From the human T2T-CHM13v2.0 reference genome, Homo sapiens, in the NCBI RefSeq assembly GCF_009914755.1, contig NC_060935.1: a stretch of 64,000 nt of DNA. The stretch is one strand, 5' to 3'. Position 1 is the stretch's first letter. Each line of letters starts with the position of its first letter. The translations under genes and the position numbers were made by a program. Below are positions 1 to 12,854 of this stretch, piece after piece. The notes beneath the pieces are model-generated. The model made no database searches. It had not been told where the DNA came from and saw only the letters and a list, made by a program, of their open reading frames with translations.

Positions 1-1339
1 TATTTACCGCCTCCCTCCTGAGTAGCTGTTAAGGGACATCTATCTTCAATGAGGGAATTAAAATGCAAAAAGGGAGAGGCCTCTTGGAATTATTTGCACC
101 TGCAAAGGAGATTGTTAAAAACAGAAGCACTTTCAAGCCCTAATTAGCTATTGTCCTCCGAACAAGGAAAAGTGCTATTAAATTCCTCCCTTTCAAAAGA
201 GAGAATCTGGTTGGTGAAGTAGGGGCAAAGGAATGGCGATTTCTTTAGCCCCTACTGATGGCAGAAATAGTCACAGATTTCCTCAGACTCATGGAAGGTG
301 CTTCCCTAAAAACTCGTATGTGAGTTTCAGGAAGGCACGAGAAGGAGCTGGATGCTGAAATGCCCCTCTTCTTAGGAAAACACCTGGTGACCACCTTGAT
401 GCCTGGGTAAAAAGGGCAGAAAGCTCCCTCCACTGCCTTACATCTCCCATTCCTAGAGCCTCAAATAAATAGCAAGGACCCTGTGTGAGGGACTGCGGGT
501 GCCTGCCAGGCATGGGGAGAAGCAAGTGACCTTTTCAGGGTTAGTATACACTGGTCCAGGACATTATTGGCCCATAAGTATGTTCTCCGCGCATCACGAC
601 CAGCCAGATGGTAAATAAAATATTCAGCAGACACACAAACCTCTCACAATAGTGAGGTGACTGGCTTGTTCAGAACAGAGTGATTTCTGTAGAAAGCACA
701 AATTGCAAGTGGCAAGAAGCAGCTGGGAGATGGTCGACAATCTGCTTCTTCTGACAGAGCCAGAGACCAAAGCTTGGGACAGCTTGCATTTGCAGCGGGC
801 CCAGAGCCCATCCTCAGAGAGCAGTGGAATTTGTCATCAAAGGACTTGTATAAACTTAGTTTCAAGACAAACGGCAGATGCACAAAAGTACAAAGCACTC
901 AAATGATTCCAGATAAAACAGCTTCAGCAGGTGCCAATGAATAGGCTGATGTCGCACGATGTATTTCCAGAGACCAATATAATCACCCTCCTAACATGGC
1001 CCAAACCCACTGTGTCTAGGTATTTGCTAATAATTCTCCACTGTGCATAGGCTCTCTTATCTAGGCATCTGCAAGCATGATGAGAGAGGTGACAGACTTC
1101 AGAATAGAGCGTTTAAGACTCCATGTCCCCAAGTAGTTTGACAGACATGCCAAATCCTCGCCATCCCACCCTAACTTCATTGCAGGGTCTCCAGCAACTA
1201 CTAAATAGGTTGATCCAGCATTTTAAGGTTGTGCTCAATGAAACTTACCATAAGCCTTAGTAACATTCTTATTTGTGATGTGTATTCTAAAACCAAAATA
1301 CAATACAGATTCATTTATTTCCTAATACATTTTCAAAAC

Positions 1340-2193
1340 ATTTCTCACTTCCCACTCACTCTTCAACCATAATAATCCTCTCCAAAATAGCTCTCAATAA
1401 TGTTGCCAATTACCACAATGTAGTTGAATCCAATGACATTTCTCAGTCCTCACGTTATGTAACCTTCCAGCAGCTTTGAACATTAACTTTCTCTCCTTTC
1501 TCAAAACTTTCAATTATTTTACCTTCTAGGACAGTATGCTCTCCTGGATCCTTCCTCTTGCCTCTTCCCACTACCAACCTATACTCTTCTACCTGGCCAA
1601 TCAGAATTGAAGCTCAAGATTCCATCCAACTCTCTCTCCTCTTCTTAATCTGCTCTCCCCAGGCCTAGCCAATTTCATCTATATCCAAACCATCAATTAC
1701 TCTGTATAAACAGATGATTCCAATCAGGTTTCTCCTCCAAAGTCCAGACCAGTATATCCAATTGCCTGCTACTATCCCTCCTCATATGACTCAAAAGCAT
1801 CTCAAAATCAAAATAGCAAAACCAAAGTCATTCCTTTCCTTCCTACCCCTCCAAATCTGATCCTTTTTCAATGTTCCAGTCTCGATAAATGACAACATCT
1901 CCCTTCAGTTGTGCAAACCAGAAGTCCAGAAGTTATTCTTGACAGTTCCTTCTCCTTTGTGCCTCATTTCCAATCCATGACCAGGCTGTACTGGTTTTAA
2001 CTACTAATTACATCACAAATATATCCACATCTCTACTACAACCTGCCTTCATCTCTCACCTGACTACTAAGTGGAAAACAACCTTAGTCTATTGACTCTT
2101 GGAGGGCAGAGATGGATCCCTGAGTTTTACTCACAATAAAAACCTCAGAGCCTACTATAGTACCATATAATTATTTAATAAATTAATGAATAA
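1340..2193 (+). mobile_element. L2 LINE fragment (ORF2 3' region plus 3' terminus, internally deleted)
   Basis: Degenerate L2 motifs such as 'caatgacatttctcagtcctc', 'tatatccaattgcctgct', 'atctctcacctga'; L2-type end 'cagagcctactatagtacc...aataaattaatgaa'. Confidence 0.75.
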
Positions 2194-2204
2194 CATACTT
2201 AAGA

Positions 2205-2452
2205 ATTGGGAGACGAAGGCAAGAGGATCACTTGAGGCCTGAAGCTGGAGAACATTCTTGGCAACACAGTGAGACCCTATCTCTACACAAAAGTTTTAAA
2301 AACTAGAGGACGTGGAGGCATGTAGCTACTCGGGAGGGTGAAGTGGGAGGATCCCTTGTGCCCAGGAGTTCAAGGCTGCAGTGAGCTATGATCGTACCAC
2401 CACACTCCAGCCTGGGTAGAAGAATGAAATCCTTTCTCTAAAAAATAATAAT
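2205..2452 (+). mobile_element. AluJ, 5'-truncated
   Basis: 'ggatcacttgaggcc', 'caggagttcaaggctgcagtgagctatgatcg', A-rich tail. Confidence 0.85.
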
Positions 2453-2637
2453 GATGATTTATTTTACTTAAATTACATATTATCTAATAATGTCAGAGAA
2501 CAATAAATTCTACATATAAGAAGAATTTCCAGATAATTTAAACTCAATTTCTTTTTCTGCTCCTTTTTATTTCAGTTTGGACAACAATCTTCCTTGAATA
2601 TACTTTAAAAAAAAAAAAAAGATAAAATCAAACTGTC

Positions 2638-2934
<297 letters not shown>

Positions 2935-3140
2935 AAAATCAAACTGTCATTATGATTAGATGATATTTAGAGAACTCCAAATAAGTGTCAATTTATTATA
3001 ATTGACAAGATAGTTTAACAAATTGCTGGTTATATTATTAATCATATATGAAAAATCAATTGCTTTTACACTCCAACAAACAATTTGAAAACAATTAAAA
3101 AATATATTTACACAGCAACAAAAAATATACTTAAAACTCA
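2935..3140 (+). mobile_element. Old L1M ORF2 fragment (host of the AluS)
   Basis: 'aaactgtcattat...gaaaaatcaattgc...atttacacagcaacaaaaa' resembles L1 ORF2 RT region. Confidence 0.6.
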
Positions 3141-3958
3141 AGTTAGAAAAAGTTGTGCAAGAGACATCATGGCTTCAGCAGTTATCCTTCCAATGGTCAT
3201 AGTTCCCAACTGGAATGGTATAACTGGGTAACAAGCCTCTCAGACCTTCTCAGTTGTCTTCTATTGAAGATTTTCATCTTAATTGGCTTCCCAGGTGGAA
3301 TTCTAATGTCTGGGGTAAATCAGTGGAGACTGACATTCCAGGATTGTTGGAGGAGGCAATAAATACATCTAAATCTGTACAGAATTGACACCCCAGAAGC
3401 CTCCCCACTCTTCAGACAGTATTTTGTTTTCCTACTTCAGCTTCCTAGATCTTAACCAAATAACACAAAAACTTTACTTTTTAGTCTGTTTACTATACTT
3501 ACAAAAGCAACAAAATAAGGCCCCTGAAATAGAAGAAGTTGCACGGGCGTCTTCCATTGGCCCAATTCCTGATCACACTTGTAACCATCCCAATCAGATA
3601 ACTGAGGAAACCAGATGCAGCCTGGGGCTGGGGCCCGACGCCCCCAGCTGTGAAGGATCGAGGATGTCTCTGAGGGGGGCTGGTTCGTGCCTGCATGTCT
3701 GATTGCATGGGTGCCGAGGGTGTCAGGCTGGGAGTCCAGCACGCTCCAGCCTATGAGAGCCCCTGCAGATTTTTTGACTGGAAATTGACATTCATTTATT
3801 TATTCATTTAGCAGGGAGGAGCTGGGGGAGCTGGCAGCTGAAGTCTGCGGTGGCAGGCCAAGGTTGGGTGGTTCCCACAGCCCGAAATCCTGCCCTGGGC
3901 TGGCTGCAGGTAGGTACAGTTAGACCCCTACCTGCACACGAGAGCAACGGTTCCTCCA

Positions 3959-4206
3959 CAGGAAATAAGTGAACCAATAAATGTGTCAACCCCTTGAATA
4001 CTTTATTCATAAGACAGTCCCTCAGCCCCTTGCCCAAAGCCTTTTTTTCCCTCATTTACATCCAATTCTAATAATACAGGTGCTTGTTTTCCCAATTTAT
4101 AACAGACTAACAATTTAGAAAAGAATTTGGGAATGCAGTGAGTGTTCAAGGCGGAAAGACACTGGCAATTACAGTTTGATTTCAAGGAAAGACACACACA
4201 AAAAAC
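3959..4206 (+). repeat. Left arm of long inverted repeat
   Basis: Reverse complement of 5130-5387 at about 90% identity by manual alignment, with a few indels. Confidence 0.95.
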
Positions 4207-4290
4207 AACAGCAAGGGAGGACACCAGGGAAGGGGACTGCGCCAACCCTCGGATGGTCAGATCCAGAGTCCCGCACAGAAAGATTTACTC

Positions 4291-4577
4291 TTGCAGTTCC
4301 CAACATTTTTGGGACTGGTTTGGGGGCGGGATAGAGAGAAGATGGTTTGGGGATGAAACTGTTCCACCTCAGATCATCAGGCATTAGATTCTCATAAGGA
4401 GTGCACAACCTAGATCCCTGGCAGACGCAGTTCACAATAGACTTCGCACTCCTACGAGAATCTAACGCTGCAGCTGATCTGACAGGAGGCAGAGCTCAGG
4501 CGGTCATGCTCACTCATGGCAGCTCACCTCCTGCCCTGCAGCCCGGTTCCTAAAAGGTACTAGGTTTGGGGACCCTG
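4291..4577. mobile_element. MER1B-like hAT-Charlie DNA transposon
   Basis: 'gatggtttggggatgaaactgttccacctcagatcatcaggcattagattctcataaggag', end 'ggggaccctg'; 8-bp TSD atttactc/gtttactc. Confidence 0.9.
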
Positions 4578-5129
4578 GTTTACTCCCTCTGCTTCTCTTT
4601 GGAAGCCCTCTAGCAGCAGGGACCTTTCTAAATCCCTAAAAGCCTGCAGTGGCCTACAGAATTTTCCAGCCCAGCTTCCGAAGGAGGCCCAGAGCTGCCA
4701 TGGTTGCTGTGGTGGTTTTGCCTCAGCTCATGTTCCGGGCTCACTGATGAGGGGCTGGAGATTTTGACCAAGCTCCATTCCCCCCACTTCAGCAACCCCT
4801 CATGCAGGGGGAGACAGCTGGCCTTGGAGACTGAAAGGGAAACGCACGGTTCCAGGCCTCACGGCCATCTTGGGTTCATTCCCACTCACACCCTGAAGGG
4901 CCACTGGAAATGTGGAGTCGCTCTTTTTCGTTCCTGTCTTTTTAAACAGAGGTTATTGAACATCACACTTTGTCATTGTTGACTCATTTTTTTGTTGTTG
5001 TCTCAAATTAATCACTGAAGATATCAAATATTAGCCTGAAATGGGAGGATGACATTGGATAGGGTCATTTGCCTTTCCACTGAATAGTCCCACCCTGCTG
5101 TGCAGTTGGTTTGTTTTAATATTTTAAAT

Positions 5130-5387
5130 GTTTTTCATGTCTGTCTTTCCTTAAAATCAAACTGTCACTTTTCATAATTGCCAGTGTCTTTCCCCCTTCA
5201 ACACTCACTGCATTCCCAAATTCTTTTCTAAATTGTGACTCTTAATCTGCTATAAATTGGGAAAACAAGCACCTGAATTATTAGAATTGGATGTAAATGA
5301 GGGAAAAAAGGCTTTGAGCGAGGGGCTGAGGAACCCTCTTATAAATACTCAAGAGGTTGACGCGTTTATTGGTTTACTTATTTCCTG
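5130..5387 (-). repeat. Right arm of long inverted repeat
   Basis: Reverse complement of 3959-4206; perfect 37-bp block 5200-5236 pairs with 4110-4146. Confidence 0.95.
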
Positions 5388-5389
5388 CT

Positions 5390-6117
5390 TCTCAACTTCC
5401 TCACTGTTCCAGCAGCTTGCACTTCTGGCCCCACCAATCAATTCTCCACAAAGCAGCCAGAGCAATCTTTTAAAAATGCAAAATCGACTCTGTCACACAT
5501 ACTCTCTTCATCCTTCCCCTCTTAGAACCCTTCAGTGGCTTCTCATTGCCATTGGGATGAAGTCTAGCCTCCTTGACAGACCTCCAAAGACCTGCCAGAT
5601 CTCGCCTCTACCATCTTCCTCCCACTTCTGGGACCTTGTACAAGCCACTCTTACCCCACCACATCGCCCCAGCTCATCGGGTTTCATCTTAATTCCTTTC
5701 TCAGTAACATTTCCCTGGCCCCCTGAACAGTCAGTCATGTGTCCAACACTGGTCCACAGCCTCATATACTTTCCCATCCAAACATTTAGCCCAAATTATA
5801 ACTGCATAATTGCAGGATAGAGTTCTAACTCTACCATTTACTAGTTGAATTCCCTTGGGAAAATTACTTACCCTCTTTAAGCCTCAGTTTCTTCATCTGT
5901 AAAATGGAGATAATTATTTCACCTACTTCCTAACCTTGTGGCAAAGAATAAGATGCAAGTCAAACACTCAGGAAAACAAATGTGGTGGCTATTTTTTGGT
6001 TATCTGTCTCCCTCACTAGAATATAAGTTCTTTGAGGCCAGAGACCTGTGTGCAGCGCCAGCACAGAATCTGGAACATAGCTATTCAATTATATGTTGAA
6101 TACTTGCTGAATGAATG
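5390..6117 (+). mobile_element. L2 3' end, interrupted by a MIR (~5815-5960)
   Basis: 'attctccacaaagcagccagagcaatctttt', end 'tgctgaatgaatg'; MIR core 'gcctcagtttcttcatctgtaaaatggaga'. Confidence 0.75.
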
Positions 6118-7959
6118 TCAATTTCCTGTCAAAAGATCTGCAGGAGCTCTCATTTCAGCTTCAACAAATTCCCATTCTTCTGCACAGTGTTCTTCAACCT
6201 GCACCCACCACCAGCCTTCTCAACTTCTCTCCTGCTACCCCTTAATAGCACATCTAATGAAATTCTCTCCACCTCATCTCCCTTCATCAAATCCTGGGTC
6301 CTCCCTTCTCCAAGAAGCTTTCCTGGGCCCACTGGTCAGGCCTTCTTGACACTCCTACTTAACAGCTCTCACTTCGTTCTTAACTTTCCCCAGTTCCTTT
6401 CTGGCTTCACCTGTCCTCCAGCTCAGATGGTGCAGCTCCAAGGCAAGCTCTGCTCTGCTTCTCCTTTTGTACCCCCTCCCCACCCCCCACCTCCTCATCA
6501 GACTCAGCCCACACCCAGCCAGGGTCCCTCTGCCTCCTGCTCTTTCCAAAGAGCCACTGCTTTTGATAATGTTCTCTCCAGAATTACATCCTCACAGTGT
6601 TTACCTCTGAGTTCTGAAGCTTCACCATGCCTCACTTAAGGTATTGACATTTCAATTCATGATAAATTATTCAGCAGCTCATTTTCAGCCAAATTCCTCT
6701 TTTCTTCAGGCCCCGTTCTCCTCCAGCCACCATCTCAGGGCAGCCTTTAAGTCTAATGATGTGTTTACAATTCACGCTCTGCCAGATATTAAAGCAACGC
6801 AATGCACTTGGGGATGATAAAGCATTACTTGGAATTGTCAGCAGAGGGACAGGCCCAAGAAGAGTTCCAGTCTGTTTTTATACAGAACAAAGATCACTGT
6901 CTCCACTACAAAGGATCCATGTGCAGATGGTGGCAGAGTGATTCCGGTTCAAAGGCAGGGCTTTTGCTGGAACTTTCCAAGCTTCGCTAAAGAGCAGCCT
7001 GACAGCTGATCAGCCAGCCCTGGTTCCAGTCAGCCCTAGACAGAATGAAAGGTGTGAGGATTTTCAGCCTCCATGATGGCATCAGGTTGTCTGTTGAAGA
7101 AAAAAAAAGAAAAAAAATGGAACCAGAAATATTTTGTGATTGGGGCATCTGAGAAAGTGAGCAAACAAGAAGCAGCAGAGAATGCTTACCCTTTGCATTG
7201 ACACTTTTAGATGGTACCACCTCATCCTCCTCACGAGTCCCTGTCCCTGCCCTTTATGGCTAATGATCTTGCAGCCCCGCACAAGCTGCTCTCCCTTCTT
7301 CGTGTTCCTGCTTACAGTACTTCAGCTCCTCTCCTCCTCTACATTAACCCTGCACTTCCCAGGCCCCCAGTGGAGAACCCATTTCTACCACAGCCTCCTA
7401 AACTGCCTGTGTCAGATCAGAGGCCCTCCTGACATGACCGTCAATTCAGGGCCATCAGACACATTAAGGTGTGATTTACATAGTCAGTAATGGGGGTAAG
7501 AAGAGTTAGGGGATTCCACTATTGAGAGTCATAGGAAGGGAAGGAGAGTCCTCTTTGTCTTAGATGTTACTGACATCTATAACTTCACTTTCTTCAAGTA
7601 TTTTTGATCAATTAAGCTCTGCTTTAAGGTTTATTCTGACTACCCTCAAGGGATTGATCCTGAGCAGACCAGAGTGGAGGGGGTGTACATACACAATAGG
7701 GCAAGTGACAGGACTTCCTTGGATCTCATCAAAACTGAGATGGTGCTCCTGGAGGCACCACAGAAGGAATTACAAACAGTCAAAACAATAACAAAACAAG
7801 GAAGGCAGCAGTGCAGTGGCCAGAAAAAACAAAAATTAAGCGAGTCAGCATGATGGCCACTTTTGCTCTGCTACCAAATCCTGTCTTTCTGTCTTTGTTC
7901 ATCTCTCTTTCACTGAACACGGAAATAATACAAAGCCTGATGGACAGGACATTGTCCCA

Positions 7960-8478
7960 GAGACATTTGCTATCTCCTTCCTACCCACACTCTCCTCTTA
8001 GAGAAACTGTCAGCCCTGGCAGGGGCAGCGCTATGCATTTTGCCACCTGCTTCTCCCACCACCCTGAGTCTCGAGCCTGGCAAAGCTGATTGGACAGGAA
8101 ATGGAAGCCTCTCAGCCAGAAGCTAGCCCAGGAATTTGTGACTGAGACACAAATGACTAAATCTGTTAGCAATGGGGAGGAAAGGAAGACAGTGGTACAG
8201 AGCAGGGAGGTAAGACCACCATTTTAGGGCAGCCATGGTGGACTATATACAAGTAGATGGGTAAACAGAGACGCCAAGAAACCAGTTGAAGAGAGAAGAA
8301 AAAAGGAGAAATGCTGAGGGAAGGCAGAAACAGAAAGCCATGTGAAAGAAAGAAAGAGAGACACACAGAGAGACAGAGAGTTCTCTACAGTCCTACAGTT
8401 GCATTTCATGAGATTCCCCTACCACAGTTAAGTTCCAGTGAATGGGCATCCTTGCCATCAGAAGATCCCTGACTTACA
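7960..8478 (+). mobile_element. Ancient ERV-type solo LTR (family uncertain)
   Basis: 'gctgattggacagg...ccaggaattt', GA-rich body, LTR-like end 'ccctgacttaca'. Confidence 0.4.
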
Positions 8479-8620
8479 TAGACTTTGAATCCCTACTTCC
8501 ATGTTACTCACAAGCTCACTAAAGACATAATTCACCTTGCAATGCGAGCTCACTAACTAATGAGCAGCTACTAAGTGCCAGAGTGGTGGCAAGCTATGGA
8601 TCAGAACACACCAGTTCTAA

Positions 8621-8918
8621 ACACGCTTGGTGCTGCTGTCCTTGCAATAGTGAGTTCTCATGAGATCCATTTGTTTAAAAGCATGTGGCACTTCTCCCCC
8701 ACTCTCTCTCTTGCTCCCACTCTTGCCATGTGATGTGCCTGCTCCCACTTTGCCTTCTGCCATGAGTAAAAACTCCCTGAGGACTCTCCAGAAGCTGAGC
8801 AGGCATCAGCACCACATTTGTACAGCCTGCTGAACTGTGAGTCAATTAAACCTCTTTTCTTTATAAATTAACCATTCTCAGGTATTTTCTTATAGCAACG
8901 CAAGAACTGCCTAACACA
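8621..8918 (+). mobile_element. MSTB-like MaLR LTR, 5'-truncated
   Basis: 'gtgagttctcatgagatc', 'gaactgtgagtcaattaaacctcttttctttataaatta', end 'ctaacaca'. Confidence 0.85.
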
Positions 8919-9027
8919 AAAGCCCTGTAACTAGAAAGTAGCAGAACCTGGGTGGGAACCTGGTGAGGCTGACTGCAAAGCCACATTCCTTCCAGTGCCT
9001 GTACTGCCCCTCCAGGGACATATAGAG

Positions 9028-9028
<1 letters not shown>

Positions 9029-9072
<44 letters not shown>
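9029..9072 (+). repeat. (TG)22 microsatellite
   Basis: Direct reading. Confidence 0.98.
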
Positions 9073-9079
<7 letters not shown>

Positions 9080-9794
9080 TCACAATGAATGACAAAGAAT
9101 GGAGCATGAGTGCAGAAACGTTACATATGGTGCTATATATGGGATAGACCTGCCCAATAAATTGTCTTGCTCTGAATGCCCATTGATAAACTCTAGAAGA
9201 AGAGAAACTTAGGAGTCAGTCTAGAAATTATTTTCTTTCATCATGACCCACCCCTCAACACACACATACTAATAGTCTCAAAGTCCTGTGGCTTTTTAGT
9301 CCTCCCTAGCACTACGTCCAGGTCTGACCATTTCTTCTTTTCACCATGTGCTATTTGTCTTCGGCTTCCTGGCACCTAACACTGTGCTTGGAGCAGAGTG
9401 GGTGATTGCTAATGTTTGTTGAAACCAATGGAACTGCTTAATCCTGTGGGATAAATGCTCCCTGTACAATGCCCTTGCCTTGAATGAAAACAGTTGATGC
9501 CCTCCTTACTTGTGATCTCAACATGAACATTTCCCCCAGGTCCCTGCAAAGTTGGTGATTGCTGCTTGGTTTCTTCACTCCATTAGGAGCACCACGCTTC
9601 ATCATCAGTTGCTGTTCTCTTCAGAAACTCTTTATGTTGCCCAGCATCCTTTGGGTAATCAGAACAAATATAATGTCTTTACTGCATCTATTTGTCACTT
9701 GGAATGCATGGGGAGCCTTCACGGAAAATTTCCTCAGGTTCACATTTCCCTTCAGAACCAGTCTATTCTTCATCTACATTTAACTCTTGAGTCA

Positions 9795-9797
<3 letters not shown>

Positions 9798-9846
<49 letters not shown>

Positions 9847-9857
9847 TCTCTCTCTCC

Positions 9858-9904
<47 letters not shown>
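9798..9904 (+). repeat. Compound (CT)n-(CA)19 microsatellite
   Basis: Direct reading. Confidence 0.98.
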
Positions 9905-9905
<1 letters not shown>

Positions 9906-10124
9906 ACATTCAGAGCAAAAATGGGAGGAGCCTTGGACTGAGAGCAAAGAAAACCTACATTCTGGCCTAGGTTTTGATATTATCTTACCTTAAGTAAGTA
10001 AATTGACCTCAGTTTTCTTCATTTATGAAATAAGGGAGCTAATTTAGTAGTTTCCAAATCAGTTTTCATGGAGCCTAAGAGTTCCTTGCAGGTACCTAGG
10101 GATAACACTGGGCATGAGTGAAAG

Positions 10125-10126
<2 letters not shown>

Positions 10127-10168
<42 letters not shown>
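10127..10168 (+). repeat. (CA)21 microsatellite
   Basis: Direct reading. Confidence 0.98.
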
Positions 10169-10169
<1 letters not shown>

Positions 10170-10170
<1 letters not shown>

Positions 10171-10578
10171 GCTAGTCAACAGTGGTGTTCACTAAATATT
10201 TTCAGTAGGAAATAGCTTCTGGGCATATGGTAGGATTGCGCTTCTTGGCCTCTTTGTGGTTATGTAGGGCCATGTGACTGATGTTGACCAGGGCAACCTG
10301 GGTAGAAGTACTCTGTGTCACTTTTTTTAAACTGGAGCATTTAATTGCCAATGCAACATTTGTCAGAGTTGTACTTTTCTTTCATCATGGTAACCATCAG
10401 TGATCAAAATGGGAGCTGCTCCATCAGCTTGGGACCCGAAGCAGGGAACTGTAGAGTTGACCGAGTCCGTCCATGATAGACATACAGCATGAACTGGAAA
10501 AGTCTTTGTTGTTATAACAGCTGATAAAATGTTTGGATTGTTTGTTACTGCACATAACCTAGCCTATCCTAATTAACA
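10170..10578 (+). mobile_element. MLT1I-like MaLR LTR
   Basis: 'ctgggcatatggtaggattgc', 'ggccatgtgact', end 'tttgttactgcacataacctagcctatcctaattaaca'. Confidence 0.8.
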
Positions 10579-11374
10579 TGTTCTCTCTGTCTCTCTCTCA
10601 TTCTCCCCAACCACAGCAACTCTGTATTTGTTTTACATGTTAGCTTTCTGCATAAGATTTTGTTTGATAGAAGAGTCCAAGAGCTTAAAAGAATTTGAAA
10701 CTCTCCATCAATGTGATTTTTGAGGCCCCTTCCAGTCAGAAATCTATGGTTCTATACAGATCCTTCCAGCACTCCAGCTATCTTCCCTATCATCTTTACG
10801 TATTTTGACTTTATTTCCTCTCCATAAGCTTCTGTTAATTTGATAATTATCTCTCACAGAGATTTACCTTCACGTACAATTTTATGTCAATTTTTGGATC
10901 TCAAAATGATGACCCACTTTTTCTTCACCACATGTACTTTCACTTATCACAACCATCAGAACAGACTTACCTGCCAAAGTTGACGGCTCCACTCTGACAA
11001 GGTGGAGACTTTTTGTGAGCTGTCCCCATACTGTCTTTGTTTCCCTGAGATGCAAATGAAAATATGTGCCTTTACTTTAGAATTATAGCTAGTCTGAGTG
11101 TTTTAGTCAACTAGTATCCCCCACTGGGCCTACTCAGAAGTCTATGTAAGAAAGATTTCTAATAAACTTACTGATTTTTTAATATAGTGAATACACATAA
11201 TATCAATGTTTCTTTAATAGTCTGGTGGCTTCTGAAATCTCCCTTTTTCAAGAACCACCTAGACCAGAGGGGTTGCTATGGATAGCTTAAATAAGATACC
11301 AACTGAAACCTGGGAGATAAATTAAATCAATAGTTATCAAATTTTCTGGTATCTAATAATCAATCTAATAATCT

Positions 11375-11495
11375 CCCCCTACAGCCCCCACCAAGTTTCT
11401 AATTCATTTGATCTGAGGTGATGGCCTGGAATCTATATTTTTAATAAGGGACTCTGATGGAGATGGTCACAGAACCACAATTTGAGAAATGTTTA
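11375..11495. mobile_element. MER5-like hAT fragment
   Basis: 'ggcctggaatctatatttttaataag...accacaatttgagaaa'. Confidence 0.55.
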
Positions 11496-12854
11496 GGCTT
11501 GATCTTTCAGCTGTTCTTAACCATAGGAGTCTGTGGTTAATTTCAAATTCCAGTGTATACAAGAGATTCAAAACATTCAGCTAAAAGTACCGCAGGAAAA
11601 CCACTGGTCATTTCTAAATATTTCTTCCTTGGTAGTGGAACCAAGGCATGGGAATGAAGGAGCTGAGATTTCACCCAGTAAGTAAGGGATCTACTGGAGA
11701 TGAGGGGGAGGTCTCTTATCTAATGGTACCAGTGATGCCAAATCAGAGCCCAGAGCTGGTAAGTTGCTATGGTGGGAGAACCAAGATGAGGAAGACAGCC
11801 AAAGCAGGTTCTGAAAGTGAAGCATAAAGACAGGAAGACGAGGAGGTGAACATAAGAGTGGCAGATGCAGGCAGTTTCTGGAGGAGAGCACTCAGTGAGT
11901 CCTAGAGACAGGCACAATGGCTTAGATGTAGAAAACTAAGGCAAGCCAATAGGAACAAGCCCACTCAAGTAATTCACTCCCTGGGGTAAAGAAAAGGAGT
12001 TTCTGGGGACCAGATCTCATGAAAATTGGCCTGGGTTTTAACCCAAAGTGACCAGGAGTGGGAGGAGCTGAAAGATAAGTATAATCCATCACTCAGGGAA
12101 GAACCAAGAGTTAAGCCAAATAAATCTGGTGGATAAGTTAAAGTATTAACTTGATGGAGCTAGGAATAGGAGACAAGCTTTTAGAAGCTAAAAATTTGGG
12201 GAGCTGGTAGAAACCAGATTGGGGTAGAGAGTACAACACCAGAGCGGGAGTGAAGAGAGAGGTCAAAGGCAATTGCCCTATTGCTGCTATGAGGCTGGCC
12301 TCTCGTTTTGGTCCCACGTGGTGTGGAGTGGGTTGGCCTGGTTTGAAGACAAATAAGCCAGGCAGTGACCTGTCCCCACTGGATCACAAAAAGCATGGGG
12401 CCCTTGTACCCAAGGCCTCTTTTCACAGCCAGAACTTGGCTGAGGTCTATTCATCCAGCTTGGCAATGCAACAGGCTGAGCTATCAGCTGCCAAGCTCAG
12501 TATTGAGGAGTCGGAGTAGATGGTCGGGATTACTTGGGGCATGCAATTTGCCAGGCTCATGTTTGGCAAACAAACACAGCCTAATAGAGAGACAAAAGGT
12601 TTGAGAACAAAGAAGGTCTGCATTCTCTCCTTCCTCATCTTCTTTTTCCTTCCCTTATAGGATGCCTTTGCTGAAACAATGGGCCATGGCCCAGTAATTC
12701 CACTGAGGCTGTGTTCATTGTTTCTCATCACAAATTTGGGCACATCCTTCCCCAATTAAAAATTCTTTGTGCTAAAGGAGAAAATAATTTAGGGCTCATT
12801 ACAGTTTTGTTTCCAAAGCAGTTAATAGAATATGGTAGATAATGGAGGGAGAAG

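Larger units (their letters stand above)
9925..10755 (+). mobile_element. MIR-family SINE split by a MER112-like DNA transposon (~10047-10706), itself split by MLT1I
   Basis: MIR core 'cctcagttttcttcatttatgaaa' before, MIR3-type tail 'gaggccccttccagtc...ctatggttcta' after; transposon ends 'tagtagtttccaaa' and 'aatttgaaactc'. Confidence 0.55.

Noticed and set aside
5257-5820. 187-aa ORF sharing GKQAP.LLELDVNEGKK with ORF 4003-4245
   Set aside because: The shared peptide only reflects the DNA inverted repeat; it starts at TTG, indels differ between arms and the rest is L2.
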